From contig JAHPZA010000004.1 in assembly GCA_019058445.1 (NCBI GenBank), forward strand, positions 192,001 through 256,000: 64,000 nucleotides of DNA, read 5' to 3'. Position numbers and translations under genes: made by a program. Below the pieces are notes generated by a model. That model was not told where the DNA came from, did not search any database, and saw nothing but the letters and a program-made list of their open reading frames with translations. Positions 1-8,879 of the stretch are shown here, piece by piece. Positions within the stretch are counted from its first letter, which is position 1. Every line of letters begins with the position of its first letter. This DNA is from Promethearchaeota archaeon (GTDB lineage: Archaea > Asgardarchaeota > Lokiarchaeia > Sigyniarchaeales > SOKP01).

Positions 1-254
1 ATAAGATATATTCCCTCTTCAATAATTCCGTAAGCGGCGCCTAAAATTAGGAGGGGCAACCAGCCATCGGAGCCTTTATCCCAGCGAATCAGTAATTCGC
101 GGGTGATCAGTGCTCCAAAACCGTATAGGAACACTAACAGAATTATTACTACTGGATTTATCCATTCAATTACTGGTGTAGAGGTTGATAACCCTTCTCC
201 TACAAAAGGAGCAAAAAAAATCAGAAACAGTAATGCCTTTTTTGAATCTTTCAT
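1..254 (-). CDS. Hypothetical polytopic membrane protein, N-terminal part (runs off the window edge)
   Basis: Manual translation from ATG at 254: MKDSKKALLFLIFFAPFVGEGLSTSTPVIEWINPVVIILLVFLYGFGALITRELLIRWDKG..WLPLLILGAAYGIIEEG; open to position 1, hydrophobic. Confidence 0.75.
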   Translation of the reverse strand, partial: MKDSKKALLFLIFFAPFVGEGLSTSTPVIEWINPVVIILLVFLYGFGALITRELLIRWDKGSDGWLPLLILGAAYGIIEEGIYL

Positions 255-281
255 AGTAATTTCTCTTTTTTAAAAAAATTC

Positions 282-1385
282 TTATTCCTTAGGCTTTTTT
301 TTTCTCAAATATTCTGGAAAGGCATTGATGATTTGAATGTTTGATTTTAATACAATATATCGCTCATCATTGTAGGCCAGTTCTTCAATCACGTCGCGTT
401 CCTTTAGATATTCAATGGTTTCGATTAAATTGTCTAAAAATGTTTTTGAGACAAGTTGTGGTAATTTATCTCTTTGAATTAATCCTTCTCTAAGTTTTGA
501 AAGAAGATTATAGGTTTTTGGGTCGGCCATAATCTTAAATAAAATTTTGCCGTCTTCTTCCAATTCTTCCTTTGTTTTAGTCTCATATTTATTAAAATAT
601 TCTTGGACTTTTGTGAGTAAGATATCTATTAACTCGGGGATTTCATCAAAAAATTCTATTACACTGTCTGGAGGTATTCTTTCTATAATAACTTCCTTTA
701 ATAAAATAATGTACTTTTCAACTCTTCCAATCTGGTTAATAAAAACTAATTGCTCATCAAGGAGAGTGGCAATCATATTATCAAAGTTATTTTCTGGAAA
801 CCTTTCAATAAACCATTCTTTTAATTCTTCCAAAGTGAGCACTCCCTCGGATAATTCTTGGAGTGTATCATAGATATGTTGTTTACTTAATAATAGAGCA
901 ATTCTCTCTTCTTCAGTTCTTTCTCTAGTACTTTCCACAACCGCCCAGTATAGTTCCTTGACCCAAAGTTTTACCAAGGAGTAATTTTTATGTATATCTT
1001 CTTGTTCTTGACCCTCAAACTTATGTAATTCATCTTTATAAAAAGCACTGTGAATCGCACCATGTGTTTGTAAACTATTTGAAAATTCCTGGAGTAATGT
1101 GGAAACTTTTTGTTCAATTTCAGGGGTAGTTGGTTGATCAAAAATAACCGAGACCATGAGCATTTCTTTCCCTCCGCGAGCTCGAATAGACTGAATTTCG
1201 AATGGATAATTTAAGGTCGTAAAACTTTCAAACGCATGTATGAAAAAATTTTCGCTGAATGGCTGATCCAGCAGGAAACTCATTACAGAAGAAATTTCTT
1301 TAGTTAGCATATGTTTTGGATACGAATAAAAGACCGAAGGACCTATTTTTCTGTGGAAGTGATTAAGACTTATGATCGGATTCAT
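282..1385 (-). CDS. uDENN/longin-domain protein (folliculin/NPRL2-like N-terminus) with probable C-terminal winged-helix domains
   Basis: N-terminal 'SLNHFHRKIGPSVFYSYP' resembles NPRL2 'FFSEFHPTLGPKITYQVP'; 'FEIQSIRARGGKEMLMVSVI' resembles the FLCN/SMCR8 'ARG' loop; C-terminal half has two helix-wing-like segments. Confidence 0.6.
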   Translation of the reverse strand: MNPIISLNHFHRKIGPSVFYSYPKHMLTKEISSVMSFLLDQPFSENFFIHAFESFTTLNYPFEIQSIRARGGKEMLMVSVIFDQPTTPEIEQKVSTLLQEFSNSLQTHGAIHSAFYKDELHKFEGQEQEDIHKNYSLVKLWVKELYWAVVESTRERTEEERIALLLSKQHIYDTLQELSEGVLTLEELKEWFIERFPENNFDNMIATLLDEQLVFINQIGRVEKYIILLKEVIIERIPPDSVIEFFDEIPELIDILLTKVQEYFNKYETKTKEELEEDGKILFKIMADPKTYNLLSKLREGLIQRDKLPQLVSKTFLDNLIETIEYLKERDVIEELAYNDERYIVLKSNIQIINAFPEYLRKKKPKE

Positions 1386-1664
1386 GTTTATTTTCTCTAT
1401 TACTATAGATAGAATTCATTGTTTATAATACTATTTTACAGTTATGGAAATTGTCTTATTGTTATATAAGGAATTCTAAGTTATTAAGTACTGCTCTTAA
1501 ATTTATTTAAAGGAAAAGTTTTCTTCTTGTATGATCCGAGCCTCTATATAGAATAATTGTCATTTCTATATCTTTAAGAAACTATGCAAAAAAGTCCTTC
1601 TATTATTGAGTTAAGTGGGCAGATACTTACCATAGGGAAAAAGCGATTAACTGGATAAGTGAAA

Positions 1665-1985
1665 TTATTTTTTGCCATCTTCTTGCTCTTCCTCTCTCTG
1701 CTTTCTTTTTTCCTCTCGTAACTTTTTCAGATATTCCTCTTCAGACATAATCTCTTCAATGATCGTTTTTTTCCCATTTTTTAACCATGTTTCTTTTTCT
1801 TCTCGGGTAGTCTCAACAATTTTTTTACGGATCTTGTCTAAAACGAGTTTATCTTTTATTTTTCCTTCCTCAATCAATTTCTCAATAGCAAAAACGACCC
1901 AAGACTTATCTTCGGCAATACCATCCTCGACACCTTCAAAATAAGCTTCTTCAAATTTTTTTTGTTTATCTTTGGTATTTTCCAC
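1665..1985 (-). CDS. Hypothetical charged protein
   Basis: 106-aa ORF, E/K-rich, GTG start. Confidence 0.55.
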   Translation of the reverse strand: MENTKDKQKKFEEAYFEGVEDGIAEDKSWVVFAIEKLIEEGKIKDKLVLDKIRKKIVETTREEKETWLKNGKKTIIEEIMSEEEYLKKLREEKRKQREEEQEDGKK

Positions 1986-2033
1986 ATCCCTATATAGTTC
2001 TTGAAAAGGTAATATAATTATCTTATTTTTACA

Positions 2034-2237
2034 TTAGTTCTTGATTTGAATAACTTCTTTCATAAGCTCAATGTAACTACTATATGAGGAAGTAGTAGTG
2101 CATAAGAGGCCACCTGCTGCGTCTAATAAATCAAACTCATAGATTAGCTTTCTATCTTCAGTCGCAGTTATAAATGTGATAACAATTCCATGAATAAAAG
2201 ATAGATATTTCGCAAGATCTTCATTTTTTAGGGTCAT
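2034..2237 (-). CDS. Hypothetical small protein
   Basis: 67-aa ORF co-oriented with the neighbouring ORF. Confidence 0.4.
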   Translation of the reverse strand: MTLKNEDLAKYLSFIHGIVITFITATEDRKLIYEFDLLDAAGGLLCTTTSSYSSYIELMKEVIQIKN

Positions 2238-2433
2238 AATAATCTGTAATACTAATTATACCTTGAATATAAAAAGAAAAATTTTGTATCAAATACTTGT
2301 CATTAAACTATTTCTCAAAAATTGGATTATAAGGTTAAATTTATTTAAAGCACAGGGAGTCCAATATTTAATGATAGAAACATTTAAATATGAATGTTAA
2401 GTTTATTTTACATAAGTTAAAAAATAAAAAAAG

Positions 2434-2694
2434 GTGAAAAATGAATTGTTAAGTCTTGTAGTACGGACTCGACCTGATGGTCCACCTCCTGCTGGTGTCG
2501 CTGATCCTCTCTTAGTTGGTCTTTTCATTTCTATCGCTATTGCCTTATTTATTGGAGCAATTATATTATTACGCTATATCTATAAAGACGCAGTTAAAAG
2601 AGAATTAAACGCAGAGCTCTGGATTATCATCATTTTACTAGCTCCGATTATAGGGATTCCATTATACTTCGTAGTTCGAAATACAACGCGATGA
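2434..2694 (+). CDS. Small membrane protein, PLDc N-terminal (YxlE-like) domain
   Basis: Two TM segments with the 'YKDAVKR....LWIIIILLAPIIGIPLYF' pattern typical of PLDc_N. Confidence 0.7.
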   Translation: MKNELLSLVVRTRPDGPPPAGVADPLLVGLFISIAIALFIGAIILLRYIYKDAVKRELNAELWIIIILLAPIIGIPLYFVVRNTTR

Positions 2695-2808
2695 AAACAT
2701 GGAGGAGCGAGTTAAAATGCAAATTCTAATTTTTTTTTTTTATTTTTTATTAGAGATAAAATCAAATAGTAAAATTAATTTAACAAACCTATAAGAGTAA
2801 AAAAAACC

Positions 2809-3930
2809 ATGAGTAAAACGATTATGGAAACGGATAAATTAAATAGAATAGCTGAAGAAAAATCCTCGATTGGCCCAATTGAGAAAGTAGGAACCGGTTT
2901 AAAAACCGTGATGAGATTAGAAAACTTGACAAAAAAATTTGGAAGCTTTATAGCAGTGAACAATATTAACATAGAAGTTTATGAGGGAGAAACCATCGGA
3001 CTTGTAGGACCGAATGGAGCGGGGAAGACGACTACAATTAAAATGATTGCGAAACTTTTAAGGCCGACATCGGGAAAAATATTGGTTTTGAATAAAGCGG
3101 GAAAATTACAAGCTCTAAATGGGAATGACAAGGATTTAGTCAGGTTTGGCTTTCTGATCGACCAACCCTTTTTTTATGATATGACAGCGTATCAGATATT
3201 ACGATATTTTGCAAGGTCTCAGAATTATCAGAAGGAAAAGATTAATTCCAGAATAGATGAGCTTTTGAAGTTATTCAAGTTATTTAAGTGGAAACATGAG
3301 AAAGTTAATACGTTTTCAAAGGGGATGCGCCAAAAGATGGGGATAATTCAATCAATTTTAGTGGATCCCCAAATTATTATATTGGATGAGCCTCAAACGG
3401 GATTAGATCCAAAGGCGCGAATAGAAATTAGGGCTACTATCCGGGAGCTTCAAAAGCTAGGAAAGACTATTTTTGTTGCATCCCATATGCTTCATGAAAT
3501 TTCTGAAGTTTGCGATAAAATTGCGTTGATTAACAATGGGAAGATTGTTGCTTTTGATACAATTGAGAATTTGGAAAAGAATTTGAAGGAAAAAGAGCTA
3601 CACTGTCAATTGCTTTATCCAATACCCCATAAGGATCTCGAAAGTACAATTGATAGAATCAATCAGAAATTAGAACACTATGCAAATCATAATATTGAAG
3701 TACCAACTCCTGAGCATAATCATAGTGTAAAATATAATCCCGAGGAACAGAATTTTACAATATATTATGACGGTAAAAGGGAATCGCGAGGTGAAATATT
3801 AGAAATATTAATGTCAGAGTTTAAATCAAACAACAAAATAATTTCTTTCAGTCAGCCAAAAACATCTAAATTAGAGCAAATTTACTTGGAAATGATTCTA
3901 GAAGATCAACCAAGAGATGGAGGTGGTTAA
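2809..3930 (+). CDS. ABC exporter ATP-binding protein
   Basis: Walker A GPNGAGKTT, signature FSKGMRQK, Walker B IIILDEP, H-loop SH. Confidence 0.95.
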   Translation: MSKTIMETDKLNRIAEEKSSIGPIEKVGTGLKTVMRLENLTKKFGSFIAVNNINIEVYEGETIGLVGPNGAGKTTTIKMIAKLLRPTSGKILVLNKAGKLQALNGNDKDLVRFGFLIDQPFFYDMTAYQILRYFARSQNYQKEKINSRIDELLKLFKLFKWKHEKVNTFSKGMRQKMGIIQSILVDPQIIILDEPQTGLDPKARIEIRATIRELQKLGKTIFVASHMLHEISEVCDKIALINNGKIVAFDTIENLEKNLKEKELHCQLLYPIPHKDLESTIDRINQKLEHYANHNIEVPTPEHNHSVKYNPEEQNFTIYYDGKRESRGEILEILMSEFKSNNKIISFSQPKTSKLEQIYLEMILEDQPRDGGG

Positions 3931-3933
3931 AAA

Positions 3934-4788
3934 ATGCAATTATTAGAAAAAAATGAAAAGTACGAACAGTATTACTTAGCTGCATTGCCCGTTGTTACTA
4001 CATATATTTTTGAACTCAAGAAACAGTGGAAAAAATTTGTAATTTTTACGATAATGGCCATCTCTTTTGTAATATTGTTGAGCCATTTACCATATGCATT
4101 GATACCTGACAATCCCTTACCAGACACTCAAGCGGATTATTTTCAATCAGGGCTTAATTTCATCATTTTGCTTACTATTTTCGGAGCTTGTTTCTTCTTT
4201 AGTGGAATCATTTGTTCAGAATATAGTGAAAAAACGGGCTTCATTACTTTTCCAATAATTAATAAATATAAGTTAGTAGTTGGAAAGTATCTTGGGGCGT
4301 TAACGCTAATGATTGGAGTAATTGCAGCATTTTATATTGCACTTGGAGTTTTAGGTATTTATTGGTATGGCGGACCAATTAATTATCGATATTACTATAG
4401 TTTCGGAATTGCATTATTATATTTAATAGCTGTTAGTAGTTTTGTAACCTTTTTCAGTAGTTTCATGAAATCAGTTAATATGACGATAGTTACTACCATT
4501 ATGCTATTACTCATCGCTAATATGATTATAGATAGTTTAGTCATATTATTATATCCAGAGTTTGAGCCAATATATTCGTTAAATCATAATTCTCAGCTTA
4601 TTTCCTATATTTTAGTTGAGGACTTTCCGACTAAACTTGAAGATAGATATGAAGATCTTGAATTTCGGAATTTTCACCGTCGAATTTGGCTTACGCCGAC
4701 AATAGAGGGTGCAATCACGATTTTTCTGCTATATACAGTTATTTGTTTAATAGTTGCAGCGATTATATTTAAAAGGAGGCAATTATAG
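3934..4788 (+). CDS. ABC-2 type transporter permease
   Basis: About 6 TM helices, 'ICSEYSEKTG...PI..YKLVVGKYL' motif, 3 bp after the ATPase gene. Confidence 0.9.
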   Translation: MQLLEKNEKYEQYYLAALPVVTTYIFELKKQWKKFVIFTIMAISFVILLSHLPYALIPDNPLPDTQADYFQSGLNFIILLTIFGACFFFSGIICSEYSEKTGFITFPIINKYKLVVGKYLGALTLMIGVIAAFYIALGVLGIYWYGGPINYRYYYSFGIALLYLIAVSSFVTFFSSFMKSVNMTIVTTIMLLLIANMIIDSLVILLYPEFEPIYSLNHNSQLISYILVEDFPTKLEDRYEDLEFRNFHRRIWLTPTIEGAITIFLLYTVICLIVAAIIFKRRQL

Positions 4789-4814
4789 AAAGGTTATTAT
4801 ATCAGAATAGATGA

Positions 4815-5807
4815 GTGAGTGAAAAAATGGCAAAATTATTGAAACGAGATGGGGTGAAAAGAATCTCATTGGGTTTCTTCATATTGTCGACAATTTTAAT
4901 TGGGCTGTGCTCAAATAGTATGGCTGCGAGTACTACATATGAACCTGCATTGAACAAGGGAACTGTGGTATTTAAGGTAGATCAATATAATGAGGGAAAA
5001 TGGGAAGATACCGTTGATAGAGAATTAGAGCCTGATGATTATTTTGATGGAGACAGCGATGAAATCGGAGCAAGGAGTAAAATAACAATCAAAAATCTTG
5101 CAGAGTATAAATGGGATTTATATGATGCTTTAATATTCTTCTTTGACGTAGAGAGCTTTATTGATGAGGATGCACTTAATCAAACTGAACTTTTCTATTT
5201 ACTGTCATTTCTTTCAAAGGATTATGTAGATGCGCTATATCCTGAGGAACATAAAGTATGGGAGGCTTTGACCGTGCAATGGGATTTTGAAACGGAAGAA
5301 TTTGATGAATCGCCTGATGAAAAAAATTATATTCTTCCAATCTTTCAAGAACCCAAATATTACAGAGATCTGCTGGATGATTATAATAAATGGGCATTAG
5401 GTTTAAATACTACTATGCTCTTACTTGGAATAGAACCCTTTCCGATACTTGACGGAGATGATTTTCTATGGTTGCTTATCACAAGTGGGATATTTACGAT
5501 TGCCCGTCCATTTAATAGCTATTTAACCACTTTAATTGACAAACTTGGCAGTGATGATGCCGAAGTAAAAGGAAACACATTAATCTTAGAGAGGAAAGGT
5601 GAAGAAGAGTACATTGTAGAAGTGACATTTAGCGACCAGGGAATGCAATCGAGTCTTGTCATAAAAAATGATGAAGGGAGAGTAATTTACGAAATCGTAC
5701 AGGATAATACTGATACGATTGTTTTAATTGTATCAGGAGTCATAGCAGCAAGCATTGCTGGAATAATAATAGTGATAATGAGAAGAAGAAAAAAGTTTAA
5801 ACAGTAG
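4815..5807 (+). CDS. Secreted protein with C-terminal membrane anchor (cell-surface protein)
   Basis: Signal peptide, acidic ectodomain, C-terminal TM followed by RRRKKFKQ. Confidence 0.8.
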   Translation: MSEKMAKLLKRDGVKRISLGFFILSTILIGLCSNSMAASTTYEPALNKGTVVFKVDQYNEGKWEDTVDRELEPDDYFDGDSDEIGARSKITIKNLAEYKWDLYDALIFFFDVESFIDEDALNQTELFYLLSFLSKDYVDALYPEEHKVWEALTVQWDFETEEFDESPDEKNYILPIFQEPKYYRDLLDDYNKWALGLNTTMLLLGIEPFPILDGDDFLWLLITSGIFTIARPFNSYLTTLIDKLGSDDAEVKGNTLILERKGEEEYIVEVTFSDQGMQSSLVIKNDEGRVIYEIVQDNTDTIVLIVSGVIAASIAGIIIVIMRRRKKFKQ

Positions 5808-5907
5808 AATACTAATTCTACTATTTTTTTATTTTAAAGTAAATTATAAGAAATTAAAATACTAAATTTTCTTAGCAGAAATAGAGAAAATAGAGGAATG
5901 AATTTTA

Positions 5908-6780
5908 ATGAAAAATAAAGAAATGGCGTATGAACATTTTATTCATAAAGACTTTCGCAGAAAAATTATTTTAAAAGTTAATGCCATCTTAATTCCTATA
6001 TTCGCATTATTAACATTATTTTTTGTCGAACTTAGTTATGGGGAACATGTACCAACGGGTAGAGGCCCTCCAGGACCCAGCCCGATTGAAGAAATTGTAG
6101 GAGTCCCTGAATTATTATTTTGGCTGTTATTACTTGTAGTAGTAATTCCATATCTCGTTATAATGATTATTTTAGGTGTTTCATTGACAATTTACATTCG
6201 CAATTTCTCATTTGAAGTACTAGAGAATAATCTTGTAATCCATCATGGTGTTATTACCAAGACAAAGGCGACAATTCCATTTATTCAAATACAGAACATT
6301 AATGTGGTTAGTGGCATATTTGATAGATTATTTAAACTTTACACAGTGAAAATTGAAACTGCAGCAAGGAGTAGAAGTGGTTCAAGTCCAAGCCTCATTA
6401 AATTTAATCCAGAGGGCCATATACCGGGACTTAAAGAACCAAATATAATTGAAGATAAAATTAATGAAATGATGAAAAAGCTTTCGCATGTTCCTAGTGA
6501 ATTAGAAGATAAGCTCTTTAAACCCGAAGAGCTTGCATTTGATAATTTCATTAGCTATATACTCTCTAAAATGCGAGAGGGGAAGGAATTAAAGACAAAT
6601 ATTAAGGAACTAAGGGAAAAGATGAATATCTCAAGTATGCAGTTAGCAGAAAAAGTGGGAGTTCCAATTCAAACAATAAAATATTTGGAAGAAGGCAGTT
6701 ATAATCCCAGTTTAAGTTTGGCTTACAAAATCGCAAATGTATTGAATTGTAAAGTTGAAGATCTCTTTCAATTGGCTTAA
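5908..6780 (+). CDS. Membrane protein with bacterial PH (bPH_2/YdbS-like) domain fused to an XRE-family HTH
   Basis: 2 TM; 'LVIHHGVITKTKATIPFIQIQNINVVSGIFDRLFKLYTVKIETA' is bPH_2-like; C-terminal 'IKELRE..NISSMQLAEKVGV..QTIKYLEEGSYNPSLSLAYKIA' is an XRE HTH. Confidence 0.85.
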   Translation: MKNKEMAYEHFIHKDFRRKIILKVNAILIPIFALLTLFFVELSYGEHVPTGRGPPGPSPIEEIVGVPELLFWLLLLVVVIPYLVIMIILGVSLTIYIRNFSFEVLENNLVIHHGVITKTKATIPFIQIQNINVVSGIFDRLFKLYTVKIETAARSRSGSSPSLIKFNPEGHIPGLKEPNIIEDKINEMMKKLSHVPSELEDKLFKPEELAFDNFISYILSKMREGKELKTNIKELREKMNISSMQLAEKVGVPIQTIKYLEEGSYNPSLSLAYKIANVLNCKVEDLFQLA

Positions 6781-6844
6781 TGTTGAATTTTGAAATATTA
6801 AAATATATCTAAAAATCCAGTTTATAAAATATAAGTCCAATTAT

Positions 6845-7276
6845 TTGGTGGGGATAATTCCGAGGTTTAATAAAAAATTAGTGTCAAGAATAAAGGAATT
6901 ACGAGAAAAGCAGAAAATCTCCCAGCAAGAATTGGCAAAATCAGTGGGGGTTTCCCGTCAGACGATTTATTATTTGGAACGGGGTATGTCTAATCCTTCT
7001 TTAACTTTATCTTTAGATATATCTAAAATTCTTAATAAACCAATTGAAGAAATTTTCTACTACGAACCCTTTGTTGTAGAATTCTTAGGAAATAAAACTG
7101 TGGATGAAATGGATGAAATTGCGGACGTTACAGGAGTTAATTTAGAAAAATTATTGAACTTAAGAAAAATTGATGATAACCAATTATCTACCATGTACAC
7201 TGAAGAAGAGTTAAAAAAAATTGCTGAAGCTCTCGGGGTAAAGTTTCATATTCTTTTCATAAAGGATGAAGGGTGA
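6845..7276 (+). CDS. XRE-family HTH transcriptional regulator (tandem HTH)
   Basis: 'IKELREKQKISQQELAKSVGVSRQTIYYLERG..NPSL' plus a second degenerate HTH. Confidence 0.9.
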   Translation: MVGIIPRFNKKLVSRIKELREKQKISQQELAKSVGVSRQTIYYLERGMSNPSLTLSLDISKILNKPIEEIFYYEPFVVEFLGNKTVDEMDEIADVTGVNLEKLLNLRKIDDNQLSTMYTEEELKKIAEALGVKFHILFIKDEG

Positions 7277-7362
7277 AGCAACGCAATACTATAAAAGTAA
7301 AGATAAAAATAAAATAGTAGATGTGTAATAGTTTAAAAAAAAAAGATATTTTGTTTTTGTTA

Positions 7363-7779
7363 TTAACCTAAAACAATACTTGCGATAATTATGGCAACAA
7401 CAAAAGTAATTATAATTATTAGTACGAAGAGTATAATTAAAACGATAATAACAAAAAATAGCGAAGAACCAAATCCTTTATCGTAAATTTTCGAGACTAT
7501 AATGGAGCCAATGATTAAATTAATTACTAATGCGAGAATGTAGGATATGAGTGGATCAAGCTCTGCATAACTAAGTGCCACAGCAACAATAATGAGCACT
7601 ATTAACCACACAAGATTTACAATAAACGCTTTACTCCATGAATCTGCCCAATCTTTTTTATTCGCCAGCCATTTTGTTATAATAATTCCGAGTATAAACG
7701 CAATTACCGCTACTATTATCATGGTTAATATAATGATCAAGACTATATTTCCAATTAATTCTCCAAGCTGAAAAATCAT
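7363..7779 (-). CDS. Hypothetical 4-TM membrane protein
   Basis: Highly hydrophobic 138-aa ORF. Confidence 0.75.
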   Translation of the reverse strand: MIFQLGELIGNIVLIIILTMIIVAVIAFILGIIITKWLANKKDWADSWSKAFIVNLVWLIVLIIVAVALSYAELDPLISYILALVINLIIGSIIVSKIYDKGFGSSLFFVIIVLIILFVLIIIITFVVAIIIASIVLG

Positions 7780-7952
7780 TTTTTTATCAACTCAAATTTA
7801 AATTTAAATTAATATAGAATTATGAAATATTAAAATTTTTGTTTCGAAGAGTATTAAAAAGGAGACAATAAATATAGCAAAAGTATTATAAAACCAATTA
7901 CCTATCTTTTATATTTGAAATAGTATCATTTTAACTTTGAGAGTGTAATGAG

Positions 7953-8777
7953 GTGGTTACTAATATGAAAGAAAATTTAGATAAATATTGGGATTATGGG
8001 AAGAAAATAGAGCGTTATTTACGACCTGCTACGTTTCCGATTGCAATTAAATTGATTCGAAATGAAAAAGAAATTCCCTCGAATAGTAGGAGACCAAATA
8101 AAGACTTAAAAATTCAAAATTTTATCTGTCAGAATTTCTCAATGGTTCGCCGGTATGGATGGACGGTCGCCATAACGGAGGAGGATTGTGTATGCAGAGC
8201 GGCAAGAACAGTCTATGGTTGGGATTCTGTTTCTGAAGAAATGGCAGAATGGGGTCATCAATTTAATATTGGGCTTTATGCCAAGGATTTAGAGACTTCA
8301 AAAAAATTGCAAAAACACTTTTATTTATTCAATAATGAGTATAGAGGCCTAGTAATTTCACCACTTACCAGAACTAAGGTTATTCCAGATGTAGTGCAAA
8401 TCTATTGTATGCCTGCTCAAGCAATGCGTTTGACTCAAGCATATCTTTACATGGAAGGTGGCATGCTTGAATTTACCGATGCCGGAAGGATAGGATCGTG
8501 CCATATTGGAGTAATTAAAACTTTTCAAACGAAAAAACCCCAATTAGTAATATTGGGCAATGGAGATAGAGTATGGGGTGGAGCAGAAGATCATGAAGTG
8601 ATGTACTCCATTCCAGAGAGTAAAATAGATGTTGTTATAGAGGGTTTAGAGGCAACTCACAGTGCGGGATTGAGATATCCCATTCCGAAATATATGAATT
8701 ATAAACCTGGATTTCAAGAGGCTTTTAGAAAAAGGGCAAAAAAAAGAGCTGGGGGCACTCTTGTTAAAGAGAAATAA
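7953..8777 (+). CDS. DUF169 family protein
   Basis: 'L..PIAIKL', 'FICQ..SMVRRYG', 'CRAA', 'PDVVQIY..PAQAMRL.QAY', 'GDRVWG' motifs. Confidence 0.8.
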   Translation: MVTNMKENLDKYWDYGKKIERYLRPATFPIAIKLIRNEKEIPSNSRRPNKDLKIQNFICQNFSMVRRYGWTVAITEEDCVCRAARTVYGWDSVSEEMAEWGHQFNIGLYAKDLETSKKLQKHFYLFNNEYRGLVISPLTRTKVIPDVVQIYCMPAQAMRLTQAYLYMEGGMLEFTDAGRIGSCHIGVIKTFQTKKPQLVILGNGDRVWGGAEDHEVMYSIPESKIDVVIEGLEATHSAGLRYPIPKYMNYKPGFQEAFRKRAKKRAGGTLVKEK

Positions 8778-8879
8778 CTGTTTTTTAATTAAAGTAAAAT
8801 TTTTTTAATTTTACTATTTAAATTCTAAAAAGTTATTTTAAAGGAACTTAATTCAAAAAAGAGATTATATTATTACTAT

